Below are positions 22,029 to 31,877 of a stretch of DNA of 47,643 nucleotides, one piece after another. How positions within the stretch are numbered: the first letter of the stretch is position 1; every line of letters begins with the position of its first letter. Source of the DNA: PVC group bacterium (lineage in GTDB: Bacteria; Verrucomicrobiota; Kiritimatiellia; PWTM01); contig PWTM01000191.1 of NCBI GenBank assembly GCA_003563855.1, positions 1 through 47,643 of the forward strand. The letters run 5' to 3'. The notes below the pieces were generated by a model. It was not told where the DNA came from. It saw only the letters and a program-made list of their open reading frames with translations, and did not search any database. A program made the position numbers and the translations under genes.

Positions 22029-22469
22029 TTACTCGCTCCCCGCTCCTTGCCCCAGTCGGGCGCGGAAGGCGGCGGGCATCCGCGCGACGCGGTTGTGCGC
22101 GTAGTCGTAGAAGGCCATCGCGGTGCGCGCGCGGGCCACCTCGCGGTGGGTGTCCACGTGCGTGACCAGGTAGAGCAGATCGAAGGCGGCGCGCCCGATC
22201 TCGCCGACCGCCACGCGGATGCGCAGTTCGTCGCCGTAGAACGCCTGCGCCCGGTACTCCACGGCGGCCCCGGTCATGATCAGCCCCGCGCCCCCCGCGT
22301 CGCGCTCGCTGAAGCCCCAACCGGCCAGCAGGCCGAGCCGCGCCTCCTGAAGCAGGCTCAGCAGCCGGTCATTGCCCAGGTGTCCGCCGTAGTTGACGTC
22401 CGCGATGCGCACGGTCAGCCGCGCCTCGTGCGCGAACCCGTCCGGGATCGGAATTTCGATGCGCGCCAT
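22029..22469 (-). CDS. Acyl-CoA thioesterase (4HBT/hotdog family)
   Basis: VRIADVNYGGHLGND, QEAR, YRAQAFYGD. Confidence 0.88.
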   Translation of the reverse strand: MARIEIPIPDGFAHEARLTVRIADVNYGGHLGNDRLLSLLQEARLGLLAGWGFSERDAGGAGLIMTGAAVEYRAQAFYGDELRIRVAVGEIGRAAFDLLYLVTHVDTHREVARARTAMAFYDYAHNRVARMPAAFRARLGQGAGSE

Positions 22470-22517
22470 GCGGGCCTCCCCCCTCGCCCGACCTGCGGGC
22501 GTCGCCGGCGCGGCGCG

Positions 22518-24677
22518 TCAGGGCGCGTCGAGCCAGCGGAAGAAACGGACGAACGAACGGTTCACGTCCGCGCCGCCGATGTTCATGTCGTAAGGGTCGC
22601 GCCAGACGACGAAGACGGCGCGGCTCTCGCCCACGACGGTGACGTCGCCCCCGGAACCGGGCAAGACCGACTGCGCCGCGACGACGATCGTCAGGAGGTT
22701 CTGCCGCGGGCTCAGCAGGCCGGCGCTGTTGCGGATGACGCCCTTACGCTGGAGCAGCGTCAGCTCCGGTAGCGCGGCGGCGATATGCTCGCCGACGTCG
22801 GAGAGGTTCGTGAAGGGGCGTGCATCATACAGCCTCTGCGCCACGGCAACCGCCTCGGTGAGGTCCAGCCGTTCGGGATCCGGTTCTCCGGGCCACCGCT
22901 CGGCCGGGGCGTCGAGAAATGCCGCGAGCAGCGCGGCTCGGTGCGGCGTGCTCGGATTGACCAATCCATGGCGGAGCGTTCCCGGCTCGACCGTTGTGAA
23001 ACGGTCCATCACCTCCCGCAACCGGATGGCGCCACCGAGCGGGAGCGTCCGCCAAGGCCAATTCGCGAAGAAAAGAAGGAACCCGAGCTCGCCGACGGTC
23101 TCGAGGTTGTCCTCGCCGCGCACGTACATGTGCCAGGTGCCGTCGCTGTCCGGCGCGCCGTAGCTTACCCGGTCATTGATCTGTTCCAGGTTGCCGCCCG
23201 TGTCCGGCACACGCGCTTCCGCCACGGCCCAGTGCTGGTCCCACGACCAGTTGATTCGCGGATCGTCCACTTCCCACCGGCTCCCGATGCTCGTCGCGGG
23301 CGGGTCGGTCCTGCGAACGAAATGGTTCGCCCAATCGATGGCAAACGGCCCGATCGCATCGACGGCAGGGCCCGCCTGGTTGGCGCCTTGGTGCAGCGTG
23401 ACGTTCGCGAAGGAAAGCCCCGTCGGGAACTGCGGCAACGCGGGCGGTCCCCCGTCGGGATCGGGGATAACCTCGGCGGAAGACTGAAAGGTGAACGCCA
23501 CCACCCCGAACTGGCCGCTATCGGTGCCCGTGGCATCCCAGCCTCCGGCCGGTTGGGGCACGACCTGTGCCGCCGGCGCATCCGGCTGCGGGAATCCGCC
23601 GCCCACGAAAGCCGGCTGAATCGCAAGGGCGTAGGCGTTCGTGTTCGGGTCGCTGCCGACGAACGGGTACCAGAGCTCGACCCGTACGCGCGCCTCGAGG
23701 ACCACATTATCGCCATCCACGTTCCACCGTGTGTCCACCGCCACTTCGTTGATCATCGGTATCCGCTCGGTCGCGAATGTGTTCAGCGGACGCGGCGAGG
23801 GGGTCTGGCCGAGGTAGAAGCGGAGACCGTCGCGCATCGCGGAGGGGTCCGGCGCGCCCATGGCCTCGAACTGCCTGCGCACCTCGACCCAGTCGATGTC
23901 CGCGGCATTGCCGCCGATGAAAACCGGCTCGCGCGCCTCGCCGTCCGCCCTGTGGAAATAGCCGGTCGGGGCCAGGCTGTACGGGAAGAGGGTTCGGATG
24001 TCGCCCGTGATCCCCGGCACGTGCCGCAGCTCGGCCAGCGTCTCGATCCGGCGCCACGGCGACTCGCGGTCAGCGAGGAAGTTGTTCACGTTGGCCTCGC
24101 TGTTGATCTCGGGCAGGGTCGGGTGGTTGAGCCGGACCTCGCCGGGGTCGAGCCCGATCCCCCGCTCGTCCGCGCCGCCCGCGGTGTTCGCGTCGAGCAG
24201 CCCCGAGCAGTCCACGGCGATCCAGGCGAAGCGGCCGATGACGCGTGAACCCGCATTCGCCGGGTCCTCGCGGATGAGGACCCAACCTGCATTGCGGTCG
24301 TTCGGAAGAGGGCGCGGGATGTAGTCGAGCGCCTGCTGGCCATTCGCCAGCAACGCGGGCGCCGGGTTCGTGGGCCCCGACGACCGGTAGATGAAGCTGC
24401 CGGCGGGCTGGCCCTCGGGATAGAACTGGTTGTTGCTGACCATATCGTTGTCGATATGCGCCATCGCCCGCGCGAGGCCGACATGAACGAACTGGCGGGC
24501 GCGCGTGCCGTGAAGGTACGTGTCCGAGGAGAGCCGCTCGATCCGCATGGTCACCGCAAAACTGACGGCCAGCATCGTCAGCACGACAAGGAAGCCGAGC
24601 ACGATGACCAGGGCGATGCCCTCGCGCCCCGGCCGCCCCCGCGGTCGCTTCCGGTTCGTTCTCGCCGTCTTCGTCAT
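22518..24677 (-). CDS. Large PilX/GspK-like minor pilin (Verru_Chthon cassette protein A-like)
   Basis: Basic leader, then G|IALVIVLGFLVVLTMLAVSF with no Glu5; GRFAWIAVDCSGLLDAN; PMINEV; GLVNPST; C-terminal TIVVAAQ...ESRAVFVVWRDP. Confidence 0.75.
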   Translation of the reverse strand: MTKTARTNRKRPRGRPGREGIALVIVLGFLVVLTMLAVSFAVTMRIERLSSDTYLHGTRARQFVHVGLARAMAHIDNDMVSNNQFYPEGQPAGSFIYRSSGPTNPAPALLANGQQALDYIPRPLPNDRNAGWVLIREDPANAGSRVIGRFAWIAVDCSGLLDANTAGGADERGIGLDPGEVRLNHPTLPEINSEANVNNFLADRESPWRRIETLAELRHVPGITGDIRTLFPYSLAPTGYFHRADGEAREPVFIGGNAADIDWVEVRRQFEAMGAPDPSAMRDGLRFYLGQTPSPRPLNTFATERIPMINEVAVDTRWNVDGDNVVLEARVRVELWYPFVGSDPNTNAYALAIQPAFVGGGFPQPDAPAAQVVPQPAGGWDATGTDSGQFGVVAFTFQSSAEVIPDPDGGPPALPQFPTGLSFANVTLHQGANQAGPAVDAIGPFAIDWANHFVRRTDPPATSIGSRWEVDDPRINWSWDQHWAVAEARVPDTGGNLEQINDRVSYGAPDSDGTWHMYVRGEDNLETVGELGFLLFFANWPWRTLPLGGAIRLREVMDRFTTVEPGTLRHGLVNPSTPHRAALLAAFLDAPAERWPGEPDPERLDLTEAVAVAQRLYDARPFTNLSDVGEHIAAALPELTLLQRKGVIRNSAGLLSPRQNLLTIVVAAQSVLPGSGGDVTVVGESRAVFVVWRDPYDMNIGGADVNRSFVRFFRWLDAP

Positions 24678-24712
24678 CGGTCGGTGCTCCAGCGCACGGC
24701 GCGCGCAGGCCC

Positions 24713-25576
24713 TCAACGGTTGGGCCGGTAGTAGCCGTGCGCGTTGTAGAAGAAAATCCGCTGGTGGTAGCGGCGGACATTGCGTTCGACGAACTGCCGG
24801 GCAGGCGCGCCGCCCCCGCCGATGCCGAAAAGCTCCGCCGCGCGAATGGCGTCCTGCGGCGAGAGCAGCTCGAGTTGAACGTCAAGGTAGGCGATCCTGT
24901 CCTCGTCCGTGCGCGCGTCGCCCCCGCTCGGAATGTCGATACCCGTATGGCTCCGCAGGTACATGAACCGCGCCGCGCGCACGTTCTGGATCATGACGTC
25001 GGCTCTTCTCCACGCCGTGTCATACGTCCCCGCGGTCGGGTTGTCCGCCCATCCAGCAACGTTGTAGCGCGCCATCGGGTCGTCGTAGTACTCGCTGCGC
25101 ATGAGCTCATAGCGGTGGTCGATGAATCGATCGCCGATGCGCTGGTTGCGGATCCGGTAGAGGACGATCTTTGTCTCGCGGGGGCGATCCCTGTTGGGCA
25201 CGTTGACCGGCGCGACGAACACCAGCTCGCGCGGACCGGCCGCGGTCTGGCCCAGGTAGTGCGGCGGCCGCACGCTGGGACGCGTGGGCACCGTCCGCAG
25301 CAGCAGGTACGGCGGCTCGTCGGCCGTCGAGGGGTCGTCGAACATCGCGGTCTGAATGTCGCGCGCCATGAAGTCGAGGACGGCGCGCGCATTGGCGTTG
25401 ACCTCCGCCACACGCGTGCCGGTCCGCATCGCCGCGGTGGCGTCGGTGAAGAGCTGGCCGATGAGCAGGACCATGATCGCGAGGATGCCGATGGCGGCGA
25501 CGATCTCGATCAGGGTGAAGCCCGCCCGCGCGGTGCGTCGGGCCGCGGCCGGGGATAGAGCCTCGCGCGTCTTCAT
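24713..25576 (-). CDS. Prepilin-type protein, PilW/GspJ-like (Verru_Chthon C-like)
   Basis: AG|FTLIEIVAAIGILAIMVLLI N-methylation motif; ARAVLDFMARDI; LDVQLELLS. Confidence 0.8.
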   Translation of the reverse strand: MKTREALSPAAARRTARAGFTLIEIVAAIGILAIMVLLIGQLFTDATAAMRTGTRVAEVNANARAVLDFMARDIQTAMFDDPSTADEPPYLLLRTVPTRPSVRPPHYLGQTAAGPRELVFVAPVNVPNRDRPRETKIVLYRIRNQRIGDRFIDHRYELMRSEYYDDPMARYNVAGWADNPTAGTYDTAWRRADVMIQNVRAARFMYLRSHTGIDIPSGGDARTDEDRIAYLDVQLELLSPQDAIRAAELFGIGGGGAPARQFVERNVRRYHQRIFFYNAHGYYRPNR

Positions 25577-25596
25577 GGCGATGTCCGGTTGGGTGT

Positions 25597-26124
25597 TCAC
25601 GGCCCCTCGAAGCGATAGATTTCGGTGTAGAAGTAGTAGGCGTCCTCGTCCGCCGTCGAGCCGAACTCCTCGGGCCAGACCCAGAGCCGCAGCCGCCGGA
25701 CCCGTCCGCCTTCCCCGTCCGAGGCGACGAGCCGGTAGCGCAACGCGTACTGGGGCCCAAGCGAGCTGTCCCCAGCCGGAACGTAGCGGTTCGTGTGGAT
25801 GCGGTCCTCGTCCTCGTTGACGCGATTCGCGCGCGCCGCGAGCTGCTCCGGGTTTACCCATAGACCGAGGCCGGGCGCGGCCGGGGTTGCGGCCGTGAAA
25901 TTGCCCCAGGTCCGGTCCGGCGATTGCGCCAGCCCGCGGAAGCTGTTGAACGTCTCCTCGGCGAACATCGAGGCTCGCGTCTCGTTCAGGCTCGCCCGCC
26001 CGGCGTCGAGCCCGCCGGGAAACATGCCGAAGGCGGCCATGATCCCGACGGAGACCACCAGCAGGGCGAGCGCTACCTCGACCAGCGAGAACCCCGCGCG
26101 GATGGCCTGGCGGCGCGTCTTCAT
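25597..26124 (-). CDS. Prepilin-type protein, PilV/GspI-like (Verru_Chthon B-like)
   Basis: AG|FSLVEVALALLVVSVGIMAAFGMFPGGL; late LWVWP; TAATG overlap with the upstream gene. Confidence 0.8.
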   Translation of the reverse strand: MKTRRQAIRAGFSLVEVALALLVVSVGIMAAFGMFPGGLDAGRASLNETRASMFAEETFNSFRGLAQSPDRTWGNFTAATPAAPGLGLWVNPEQLAARANRVNEDEDRIHTNRYVPAGDSSLGPQYALRYRLVASDGEGGRVRRLRLWVWPEEFGSTADEDAYYFYTEIYRFEGP

Positions 26125-26807
26125 TAGTCCTCTCCGTGCCGGTTGAACTGCGGCAGCCCCGTCCACTGGTAGACCTGCACCGAGATCTGCACGCCGCGGT
26201 CCTGGATCGTCGGTTCCGTGGCTCCAGGCGCGAGGAACCCCTCGTTCAGGAAGACCTCCGGCGCCGTGCTCTTCGACGCGAGCGAGCCGTTCGGGGCGAA
26301 GGTGAGCGTCGGTTGGTCTGACCAGACGCCGGGGTTGGTCGAGCGGTGGTTGCTGACACTGGCGTGCAGGCCCATGATGTTTACCGTGGGCCGCGGGGTC
26401 CGGTCGAAGAACACCCCCGGGGACAGAAACGTCCACTCGCGGACCGGCTCGATAACGCGCGCTCCGGACTGGGGATCGATCGTCTCGTCGTACCCCCCGT
26501 AGGCCCGGAAGTTGACGTTGCTGGCGATGACCGTGCCGCCGCTCTCGATGCGGTCCGCCGGCACGTTGCGGGGGAAGACCACGTGCGTGGTCCGGCGCTG
26601 GGTGATGGCCCACTGCCGGGCGAGGTGGATGGTGCCCTTGAGCTGGTTGGCCGAGATCTCGACCTGCGTCGCCTGCCCGATGTTGGAGATCGTGGTCATC
26701 GCGATCACCAGCAGCAGGCCGATGATCCCGATGACGACCAGCAACTCGACCAGCGTGAACGCCGCTGTCCGCCGCCGGTTTTGCCTCCTGGCGTCTCGCA
26801 CGCGCAT
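26124..26807 (-). CDS. Prepilin-type protein, FimT/GspH-like (Verru_Chthon D-like)
   Basis: AA|FTLVELLVVIGIIGLL, ARQWAIT, LTFAPNGS, VYQWTG. Confidence 0.8.
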   Translation of the reverse strand: MRVRDARRQNRRRTAAFTLVELLVVIGIIGLLLVIAMTTISNIGQATQVEISANQLKGTIHLARQWAITQRRTTHVVFPRNVPADRIESGGTVIASNVNFRAYGGYDETIDPQSGARVIEPVREWTFLSPGVFFDRTPRPTVNIMGLHASVSNHRSTNPGVWSDQPTLTFAPNGSLASKSTAPEVFLNEGFLAPGATEPTIQDRGVQISVQVYQWTGLPQFNRHGED

Positions 26808-26928
26808 AGGCTTCCATGCCCCCGGGCCGCACCGCTCCTGCGACCGTCTGCAGTAGAGCAGGAAGCGGCCCCGATTCCAAGCGCGATTTTCAAGGCCGCG
26901 GGTTCTTCCCGCCCGCCCCGCTTCCCGC

Positions 26929-28581
26929 TCAGCGGCCGGGCGCGCGGGCGCGGGCGGCAAGAGGGTCGTGCCGCACCGCGTTGCGGCGGGCGAAGGCCGA
27001 CGTCCAGAAGGCGCGCAGCGCGGCCTCCAGCTCGGCCGGCGTCGCGCCGTCAAGCGCGGCCGCCACGGCGCGGTCGTTGTCCGGGTCGCGGGCGAAGGCC
27101 TCGAGATAGCGTTCGGGCAGCGCGGCGAAACGCCGGTGCTCGCCCAGCGGGGCGCCCTTCTGCAGGAAATACACCAGGCCCCAGGCGCGGGCGTAGTTCT
27201 CCGCCCGCGTCCGGGCGGTGCCCCCGGCCGCGTAGAAGTCCGCGTAGCTCATCCGGAGGAGCCGGTCGAGCGCCAGCCGGTCTTCCGCCACCAGCCGGTC
27301 AAGCACATCGGCGTGCCGCGTGACCTCGCCGATGCGGACATTCTCCCCGCGGATGTCCGCGCCCTCGAAGAACGCGGCGTGGCCCTCGTTGAACCAGACG
27401 CCCGGGGGACGGCCGCCCAGCGCGTAGTGCAGGTACTGGTGGAACGCCTCGTGGACAACCGTGCCGAGAATCCAGGCGCGCTGCTCGCGCGGCGAGGCCC
27501 CGGATCGCGGGCGCACGACCAGCTCGCCGCGCGCGGCGATCCAGGCGCCGCCCGACCACCGGAGCTCCGGTCCCACGTACCGCGCGTAGTCCTCGGCGTC
27601 GCCGAAAATCCGCACCACGCTGACGGCCTCGACCGGCGTGCGCGGCGGGACGAGCGCCTCGAAGGCGCGGCGCAGCGGCTCGACGTCGCGCTGGATCTGC
27701 CGCACGACCGGGGCCCGCCGGCCGGGCAGGTTCGACACGATGATGTAGTGGGGCGTCTCCACATACCACCAGCCGGACAGGCCCCGGATGCTGTCGATGG
27801 CCCGCTGGCGGCTGGTCACGAAGGCGCCGGAACGCTCCGCCTCGCCGGGCGCGGCGAGGGACGCGTAGCGTTCCTGGGCGGCCGGGCCGGCCCCGGGCCG
27901 CGCGGTGCGCGAGAGGCCGGCGAGAAAGACGGCCGGGAGATCGCGCTCGAACGCCTCGAGGTCCACGTCCGACGTGAACTCGAAGAGCGCGAAGTAGCCG
28001 TGCCCGGCGTCCGGCGCGAAGGCGTCGGGCCGGAAGGCGAACGCCACGCCGAGCCGGACGGGCGGACCGCCGGCGAAGCGGTAGAGGCGCGCCTCCGCGA
28101 TCCGCGACGGGGCGGCGAGCGGCTGCGGCTCGCCCTCGATGCGCGCGTCGGCGAACGTCTCGATCCACCGGCGCCATTCGGCCGGCGTCTCTGGCGCAGG
28201 CGATCCGGCGACGATCCGCTCGTACTCTTCGCGCGCCACGTGGGGCCGCGGCCAGGCGCGGGGGAAGAGGGCCGTGGCCTTGCCGAGCGTCATCCGGGTT
28301 CCGCCCGCGTCCTCCCAGCGGCCGAGAAATTGCGAGGCGTACCAGAAGGCGCGCGGCGCCCGCGTCTCGAAGAGCCGCCCGTCCGGGCCCCGGTACGTGC
28401 GTAGCGTCGGCGGGGGCAGCCCGACCGCCCGGGCATCGCGCAGCATCGGAACCGAGAGCCCCTCGCCCGGGACGTCGACCGTCCCGCGTATCGCCACGCG
28501 CGCCGGCCGCTGTGCCCGCGCGCCCGCCGCGAGCGCCAATCCCGCCGCCAGCCGCCACCCGATGCCCCATAGCCGGTCCAT
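26929..28581 (-). CDS. Exported DUF1570-like zincin metallopeptidase
   Basis: Signal peptide (AAGLALAAGARA); VHEAFHQY (HEXXH) with downstream WFNEGHA; YARAWGLVYFL. Confidence 0.75.
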   Translation of the reverse strand: MDRLWGIGWRLAAGLALAAGARAQRPARVAIRGTVDVPGEGLSVPMLRDARAVGLPPPTLRTYRGPDGRLFETRAPRAFWYASQFLGRWEDAGGTRMTLGKATALFPRAWPRPHVAREEYERIVAGSPAPETPAEWRRWIETFADARIEGEPQPLAAPSRIAEARLYRFAGGPPVRLGVAFAFRPDAFAPDAGHGYFALFEFTSDVDLEAFERDLPAVFLAGLSRTARPGAGPAAQERYASLAAPGEAERSGAFVTSRQRAIDSIRGLSGWWYVETPHYIIVSNLPGRRAPVVRQIQRDVEPLRRAFEALVPPRTPVEAVSVVRIFGDAEDYARYVGPELRWSGGAWIAARGELVVRPRSGASPREQRAWILGTVVHEAFHQYLHYALGGRPPGVWFNEGHAAFFEGADIRGENVRIGEVTRHADVLDRLVAEDRLALDRLLRMSYADFYAAGGTARTRAENYARAWGLVYFLQKGAPLGEHRRFAALPERYLEAFARDPDNDRAVAAALDGATPAELEAALRAFWTSAFARRNAVRHDPLAARARAPGR

Positions 28582-28644
28582 ACGAGCTACAAGACCACAC
28601 CCCGCCCCGCTCCGCAAGCGCTCGCCAGGGGGAATCTTCCCCCC

Positions 28645-29040
28645 CCTTTCCCCAGTTCTCGCCGTACAGGGGGGTATCTCCCAAGGCGGCGATAACGTAG
28701 ACCGGAGCGTGCCCCCCGGGGACGCACGCTCCAGCCGGGCCGACCAAGGGTACGAGAACCTCGCGGACCAGGACCGTGCCGCGCGGGAGCGTGGCGTTCC
28801 CGGCCCGGGGGGCAGATATCCACCTGCTACACTTCTACCGGCGTCTCTTGCGCTGCCAAAAGCGTGACGCGGCATGGAGTGCGGCGGCAGAGGGCGAAGC
28901 CCGGCGACGCCGCTTTCGGTTGGCGGGGTCACGCGGTGTCTGGTGAGGCGAAGGTGTCGCCGTCCCGGACGCGGGACGCGCCCGGGACTCTGCCACCGCA
29001 CTCCAGAGGCTGAAGCCCGGCAGCAGTGCCGCTAAACCTG
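28645..29040 (-). repeat. Composite REP-like element, copy 2 (reverse orientation)
   Basis: Reverse complement is colinear with 2060-2541, including both palindrome pairs and the terminal GAGAACTGGGGAAA, with an internal segment missing. Confidence 0.8.
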
Positions 29041-29245
29041 GATTGCCCGGCATGTCGCACCGGAGTCCCCGCCTCGGGGGGGCGAAATCGGACGCACCAC
29101 GCCTGCCTCACCTCCGCGCGGGATTCACCCGCGAATCACGTCGCGCACCACCTGCGGGCTTTCGCATTTCGGAAACGCGCGAAGCCGGCCCACCCCAACA
29201 CTCTACGCAGACCGGGCGGCGAAAACTGGGGAATGTCCTCCTCCC

Positions 29246-29378
29246 CAGGAGGCGAAGCAGAGAGACCTGGAAATCCTCAACCGCCGCGCTGCGGCGTTGA
29301 ACGAAGAGGCCGAGGACGTCCTCGCCTACCAGGTGCCCCTGTGAGACGGGGCGAACTCTACCGGGTGCCGAGACCGTC
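29246..29378 (+). pseudogene. Relic of a type II toxin-antitoxin pair (antitoxin C-terminus plus PemK/MazF-type toxin N-terminus)
   Basis: QEAKQRDLEILNRRAAALNEEAEDVLAYQVPL* (stop 29342-29344) overlaps by GTGA with MRRGELYRVPRP (start 29341); both are truncated. Confidence 0.6.
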
Positions 29379-29981
29379 ATGTTGCCTATCCGTCCCGTCC
29401 AGCAGCGCCAGCAGCTCGGCCACGGGCAGGCCGATGACGTTGGTGACCGAGCCCCGGACCCAGCGGACCATGCCCGCGGCGGCGCCCTGGATCGCGTACC
29501 CCCCGGCCTTGTCATACGGCTCGGGCGAGGCCGCGTAGCGCGCGATCTCCCCGGGGGCCAGCGCGCGGAACTGCACCGCGGTTCGGACGGCGCACCGCCG
29601 CCGCCGGGGCCGGCGGCCCGGCGCTTCCTCGAGGGCGCAGAGCCCGGTGATGACGGCATGCGTGCGGCCGGCGAGCGTGCGCAGCATGGCCGTCGCCTCG
29701 GCCGCGTCCCGCGGCTTGCCGAAAATGCGCGGGCCAAGCGCCACGACGGTGTCGCACCCGATGACGATGCGCGGCCGTCGCGGCGGGCCGAGCCGCGCGG
29801 CGACTGCGTCCGCCTTCTCCGCGGCCGCGCGCCGGGCGAAGGCGGCCGGCGCCTCGCCGGCCCGCGGCGTCTCGTCGATATCCGGCGCCCGGACGCGGAA
29901 CCGCAGGCCGGCCTCGCGCAGGAGCCGCCGACGCCGGGGCGAGGCGCTGGCCAGGATAAGGTCGGGCGCCGGGCCGCTCAT
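29358..29981 (-). CDS. maf: Maf family nucleoside triphosphate pyrophosphatase
   Basis: LILASASPRRRRLL, IDE, GCDTVV, GKP, DKAGGYAIQG, NVIGLP. Confidence 0.95.
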   Translation of the reverse strand: MSGPAPDLILASASPRRRRLLREAGLRFRVRAPDIDETPRAGEAPAAFARRAAAEKADAVAARLGPPRRPRIVIGCDTVVALGPRIFGKPRDAAEATAMLRTLAGRTHAVITGLCALEEAPGRRPRRRRCAVRTAVQFRALAPGEIARYAASPEPYDKAGGYAIQGAAAGMVRWVRGSVTNVIGLPVAELLALLDGTDRQHDGLGTR

Positions 29982-30580
29982 CCGCGGCCCGTCAGCGCGG
30001 CGCGCACGAGGTCCTCGACCGATTCCCCGGCCACCTGCGCCGCCGTCAGCGACTGCACCATCCGCTGCGCCTCCGCCTGCGCGTAGCCGAGCGCGATCAG
30101 CGCCAGCAGGGTGTCGCGCCGCCGCCGGCCCGGATCGTCGAGCGGCTCGCCGCCGGCCTTCGCCTCGAGCGCCTCGGCCTCGCTCAGGCGGCTGCGCAGC
30201 TCGACGACGATGCGTTCGGCCGTCCGGCGCCCGATGCCGCGGATGCGGCTGAGCCGCTTGACGTCGCCCTCCGCAACCGCCGCGGTGAACTCGCGCGGCG
30301 TCAGCCCGCTGAGCGCGCCGAGCGCGAGGCGCGGCCCGATGCCGCTGATCTCGATCAGCATCCGGAAGAGCCGGCGCTCAGCCTCGGTCGCGAAGCCGAA
30401 GAGCAGGTGCGCGTCCTCGCGGACGTGGTCGTGCAGGAGCAGCCGGCACCGCCCGCCCGGGGCCGGGAGCCGGTCGTAGGAACTCAGAGGGATGAAGACC
30501 TCGTAGCCGAGCCCGCCCGCCTGCACGATCACGTGCGTCGGCTCCTTCTCGACGATCTCCCCCTCGACGAACGCGAGCAT
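29978..30580 (-). CDS. ruvA: Holliday junction branch migration protein RuvA
   Basis: GGLGYEV, HVREDAHLLFGF, ISGIGPRLAL, GIGRRTAERIVVEL, ALIALGY. Confidence 0.96.
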   Translation of the reverse strand: MLAFVEGEIVEKEPTHVIVQAGGLGYEVFIPLSSYDRLPAPGGRCRLLLHDHVREDAHLLFGFATEAERRLFRMLIEISGIGPRLALGALSGLTPREFTAAVAEGDVKRLSRIRGIGRRTAERIVVELRSRLSEAEALEAKAGGEPLDDPGRRRRDTLLALIALGYAQAEAQRMVQSLTAAQVAGESVEDLVRAALTGRG

Positions 30581-30622
30581 GCGATCCCTCCTCCCGGCGC
30601 CGGCGCGCCCGATGTGCACGCG

Positions 30623-31642
30623 CTAGAGCAGCCGCGGCGATTCCGCCCGACCTGTCGGATCCCGGCCCGTCGTCGCATAGGCGCGCGGCAGCGCGACGCG
30701 GCCCTGCGGGGTGCGCTTCACATAGCCTTCCTGGATCAGGTAGGGCTCGTAGACCTCCTCGATCGTGCCCGGCTCCTCGCCGACGCAGACCGCCAGCGAG
30801 CCGACGCCCACCGGGCCCCCGGCGAAACGCTCGATCAGGGCGTCGAGTATCCGCTTGTCCATCTCGTCGAGCCCGTTCTCGTCGATATCGAGCAGCCGCA
30901 ACGCGCGGTCGGCGATGGGGCGGTCGATGCGGTTGTCCGCGCGCACCTGCGCGAAGTCGCGCACGCGACGCAGGAGGTTGTTGGCGATCCGTGGCGTCCC
31001 GCGCGCGCGCCGGGCGATCTCCATCGCGCCGTCCTCCTCGACCGCGACGTTCAGGATCCGCGCCGAACGCTCCACGATAGCCTGCAGCGCCTCCGGCGGG
31101 GAGTAATCGAGCCGCGCCGTCATCGCGAAGCGCGAACGCAGCGGGGCGGTCAGCAGGCCGCTGCGCGTGGTCGCGCCCACGAGCGTGAAGCGCGGCAGGT
31201 TCAGCCGCACCGAGCGCGCGTTCGGCCCCTGGTCGATCATGATGTCGATGACGAAGTCCTCCATCGCCGAGTAGAGGTACTCCTCGACGGCGCGCTGCAT
31301 CCGGTGGATTTCGTCGATGAAGACCACGTCGCCGGGCTCGATGCTCGTGAGCAGCCCGGCCAGGTCGCCCGGCTTGTCGATGACCGGACCGGACGTCGCC
31401 CGCACGTGCACGCCCATCGCCTCGGCCAGGATGTAGGCGAGCGTCGTCTTGCCCAGTCCGGGCGGACCCGAGAGCAGGACGTGGTCCAGGCTCTCGCCGC
31501 GGCCGCGCGCGGCCTCGACGAAGAGCTCGAGCCGTTCGCGCACCTTGTCCTGCCCGATGAAATCGGCGAACCGCGAGGGGCGAAGCCCGATCTCGAACTC
31601 GCGGTCGGGCCGGTTCAGCGCTTCAGTGGCGTGATCCGTCAT
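30623..31642 (-). CDS. ruvB: Holliday junction DNA helicase RuvB
   Basis: [44 protein letters not shown]. Confidence 0.97.
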   Translation of the reverse strand: MTDHATEALNRPDREFEIGLRPSRFADFIGQDKVRERLELFVEAARGRGESLDHVLLSGPPGLGKTTLAYILAEAMGVHVRATSGPVIDKPGDLAGLLTSIEPGDVVFIDEIHRMQRAVEEYLYSAMEDFVIDIMIDQGPNARSVRLNLPRFTLVGATTRSGLLTAPLRSRFAMTARLDYSPPEALQAIVERSARILNVAVEEDGAMEIARRARGTPRIANNLLRRVRDFAQVRADNRIDRPIADRALRLLDIDENGLDEMDKRILDALIERFAGGPVGVGSLAVCVGEEPGTIEEVYEPYLIQEGYVKRTPQGRVALPRAYATTGRDPTGRAESPRLL

Positions 31643-31716
31643 GCGCCGAGACGTTACCCCACCGCCCCCGCCCGCGGCAAGAAGGGCGCGGGGGGTGAGG
31701 GGAGGGGGGGAGGGGA

Positions 31717-31874
31717 AACGCTCAACGCTCAACGTTCAACGTTCAACGTTCAACGGGGCGACGCCTTCGGCCCGCGCGAATCCGGGCGGTTCCACCCCCG
31801 CCGCGGCAACCCGCCCCCCACTGATCACTGCTCACTGATCACCGATCACTGCCGACTGCCCACTGCCCACTGCC
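31717..31874. repeat. 7-nt tandem microsatellites
   Basis: (AACGYTC)n at 31717-31755 and (CACTGAT/CACTGCC)n at 31819-31874. Confidence 0.85.
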
Positions 31875-31877
31875 AGG

